From: Lingula anatina
Taxonomy: Eukaryota; Animalia; Brachiopoda
Assembly (NCBI GenBank): GCA_051362555.1
Contig: CM120646.1
Location: 8,742,001-8,806,000, forward strand
Reading direction: 5' to 3'
Length of the DNA stretch: 64,000 nt
Under the pieces are notes generated by a model, which saw only the letters and a program-made list of their open reading frames with translations, was not told the DNA's origin and made no database searches. Below are positions 63,225 to 64,000 of the stretch, one piece after another (the first letter of the stretch is position 1; every line of letters begins with the position of its first letter). The position numbers were made by a program, and so were the translations under genes.

Positions 63225-64000
63225 AACAAGGCAGCAAAAATGTCAAATGTAGGGAGAAAAAGCAGAGAATAATGAAGTACAAAATACTGATGCAATAATA
63301 CATTATGCTTAACAGCAAAGCCAAAAACAAATTTAATTATGCACAACAGGTAATAGGGCTGTAAGTAAAATGTGTAACTAGCAGAAAGCTTCATGAAAGT
63401 TCAAGTTCACACTTAGAAAATGCCAGAATGAGAAAAATTCAAGAAAAAATGACAATCCAATATAGCTGGTTTTCCAATTTGAGCTGTACTTCAACTCTAA
63501 GAAACATTCTTGTAAGTTACAAAATAGTTAGTAACACAGTTTCTCTTTTATAACCTTTGTGGTGGTAGTACACAAAATCTTTTTTTTTTGTCAATTTGGT
63601 GCAATATTACATAATGATTAACAGCATAATCACCAAATTTTAAATTTCTACTATACTTAACAAGGGTATTTAGAAAAATTTACCATTTGGTTTCATGGTC
63701 GTGGGAGTCCCACTTTGGAAATGCCAATATGTGACAAATAAAAAATTCATTAAGAACTGCATTGCTTCCAGGAGGGAATACAATCAGACTGGTTTTCCAG
63801 CTGCATTTCAGTCCTATGAATCTTTTCAGTAATTTTGAGAATCTTGGTTTTCCTTCAATTCTGATTCAATATTACATAATGCCTAACAGCATAATGACCA
63901 TCAATTTTTGATAATAGAATAAAAGTATCATGGACATTCAGAAATGTGACTAGCAAAGGTTTTCTATCCCATGGAAGTTCAAAGTCACACCTAGAAAATG
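63225..64000 (-). mobile_element. Diverged family A copy running off the window
   Basis: AACAAGGCAGCAAA end near 63226 and family A internal blocks. Confidence 0.7.

Overview
This is AT-rich animal (eukaryotic) genomic DNA; the repeat types suggest a marine invertebrate, possibly a lophotrochozoan (inference). One host gene is supported: the 3' part of ANKMY2 (ankyrin repeat and MYND domain protein 2) on the minus strand. Seven exons lie between 63170 and 26774, all with GT-AG boundaries and compatible phases; the upstream exons fall beyond the window. Most of the rest is layered transposable elements. These include a near-intact two-gene PIF/Harbinger element, a 5'-truncated L2/CR1-type LINE, and decayed YqaJ+THAP (ISL2EU-like), YqaJ, Sola3-like and Academ-like coding relics. 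Two abundant Helentron/HINE-like families carry ~160-bp and ~146-bp internal satellites. MITEs have ends and target duplications pointing to Harbinger, Ginger1, piggyBac, Transib and P-like origins, and are often nested. The most unusual signals are: an 80-bp VNTR that multiplies an ANKMY2 splice donor; a 146-bp TE satellite built on perfect nuclear-receptor response elements; a passenger element resembling a teleost Helentron-like repeat; and apparent module swapping between the two Helentron-like families. I found no CRISPR, rRNA or tRNA genes, and no clearly new protein-coding system. All family assignments come from recalled motifs, not database searches.
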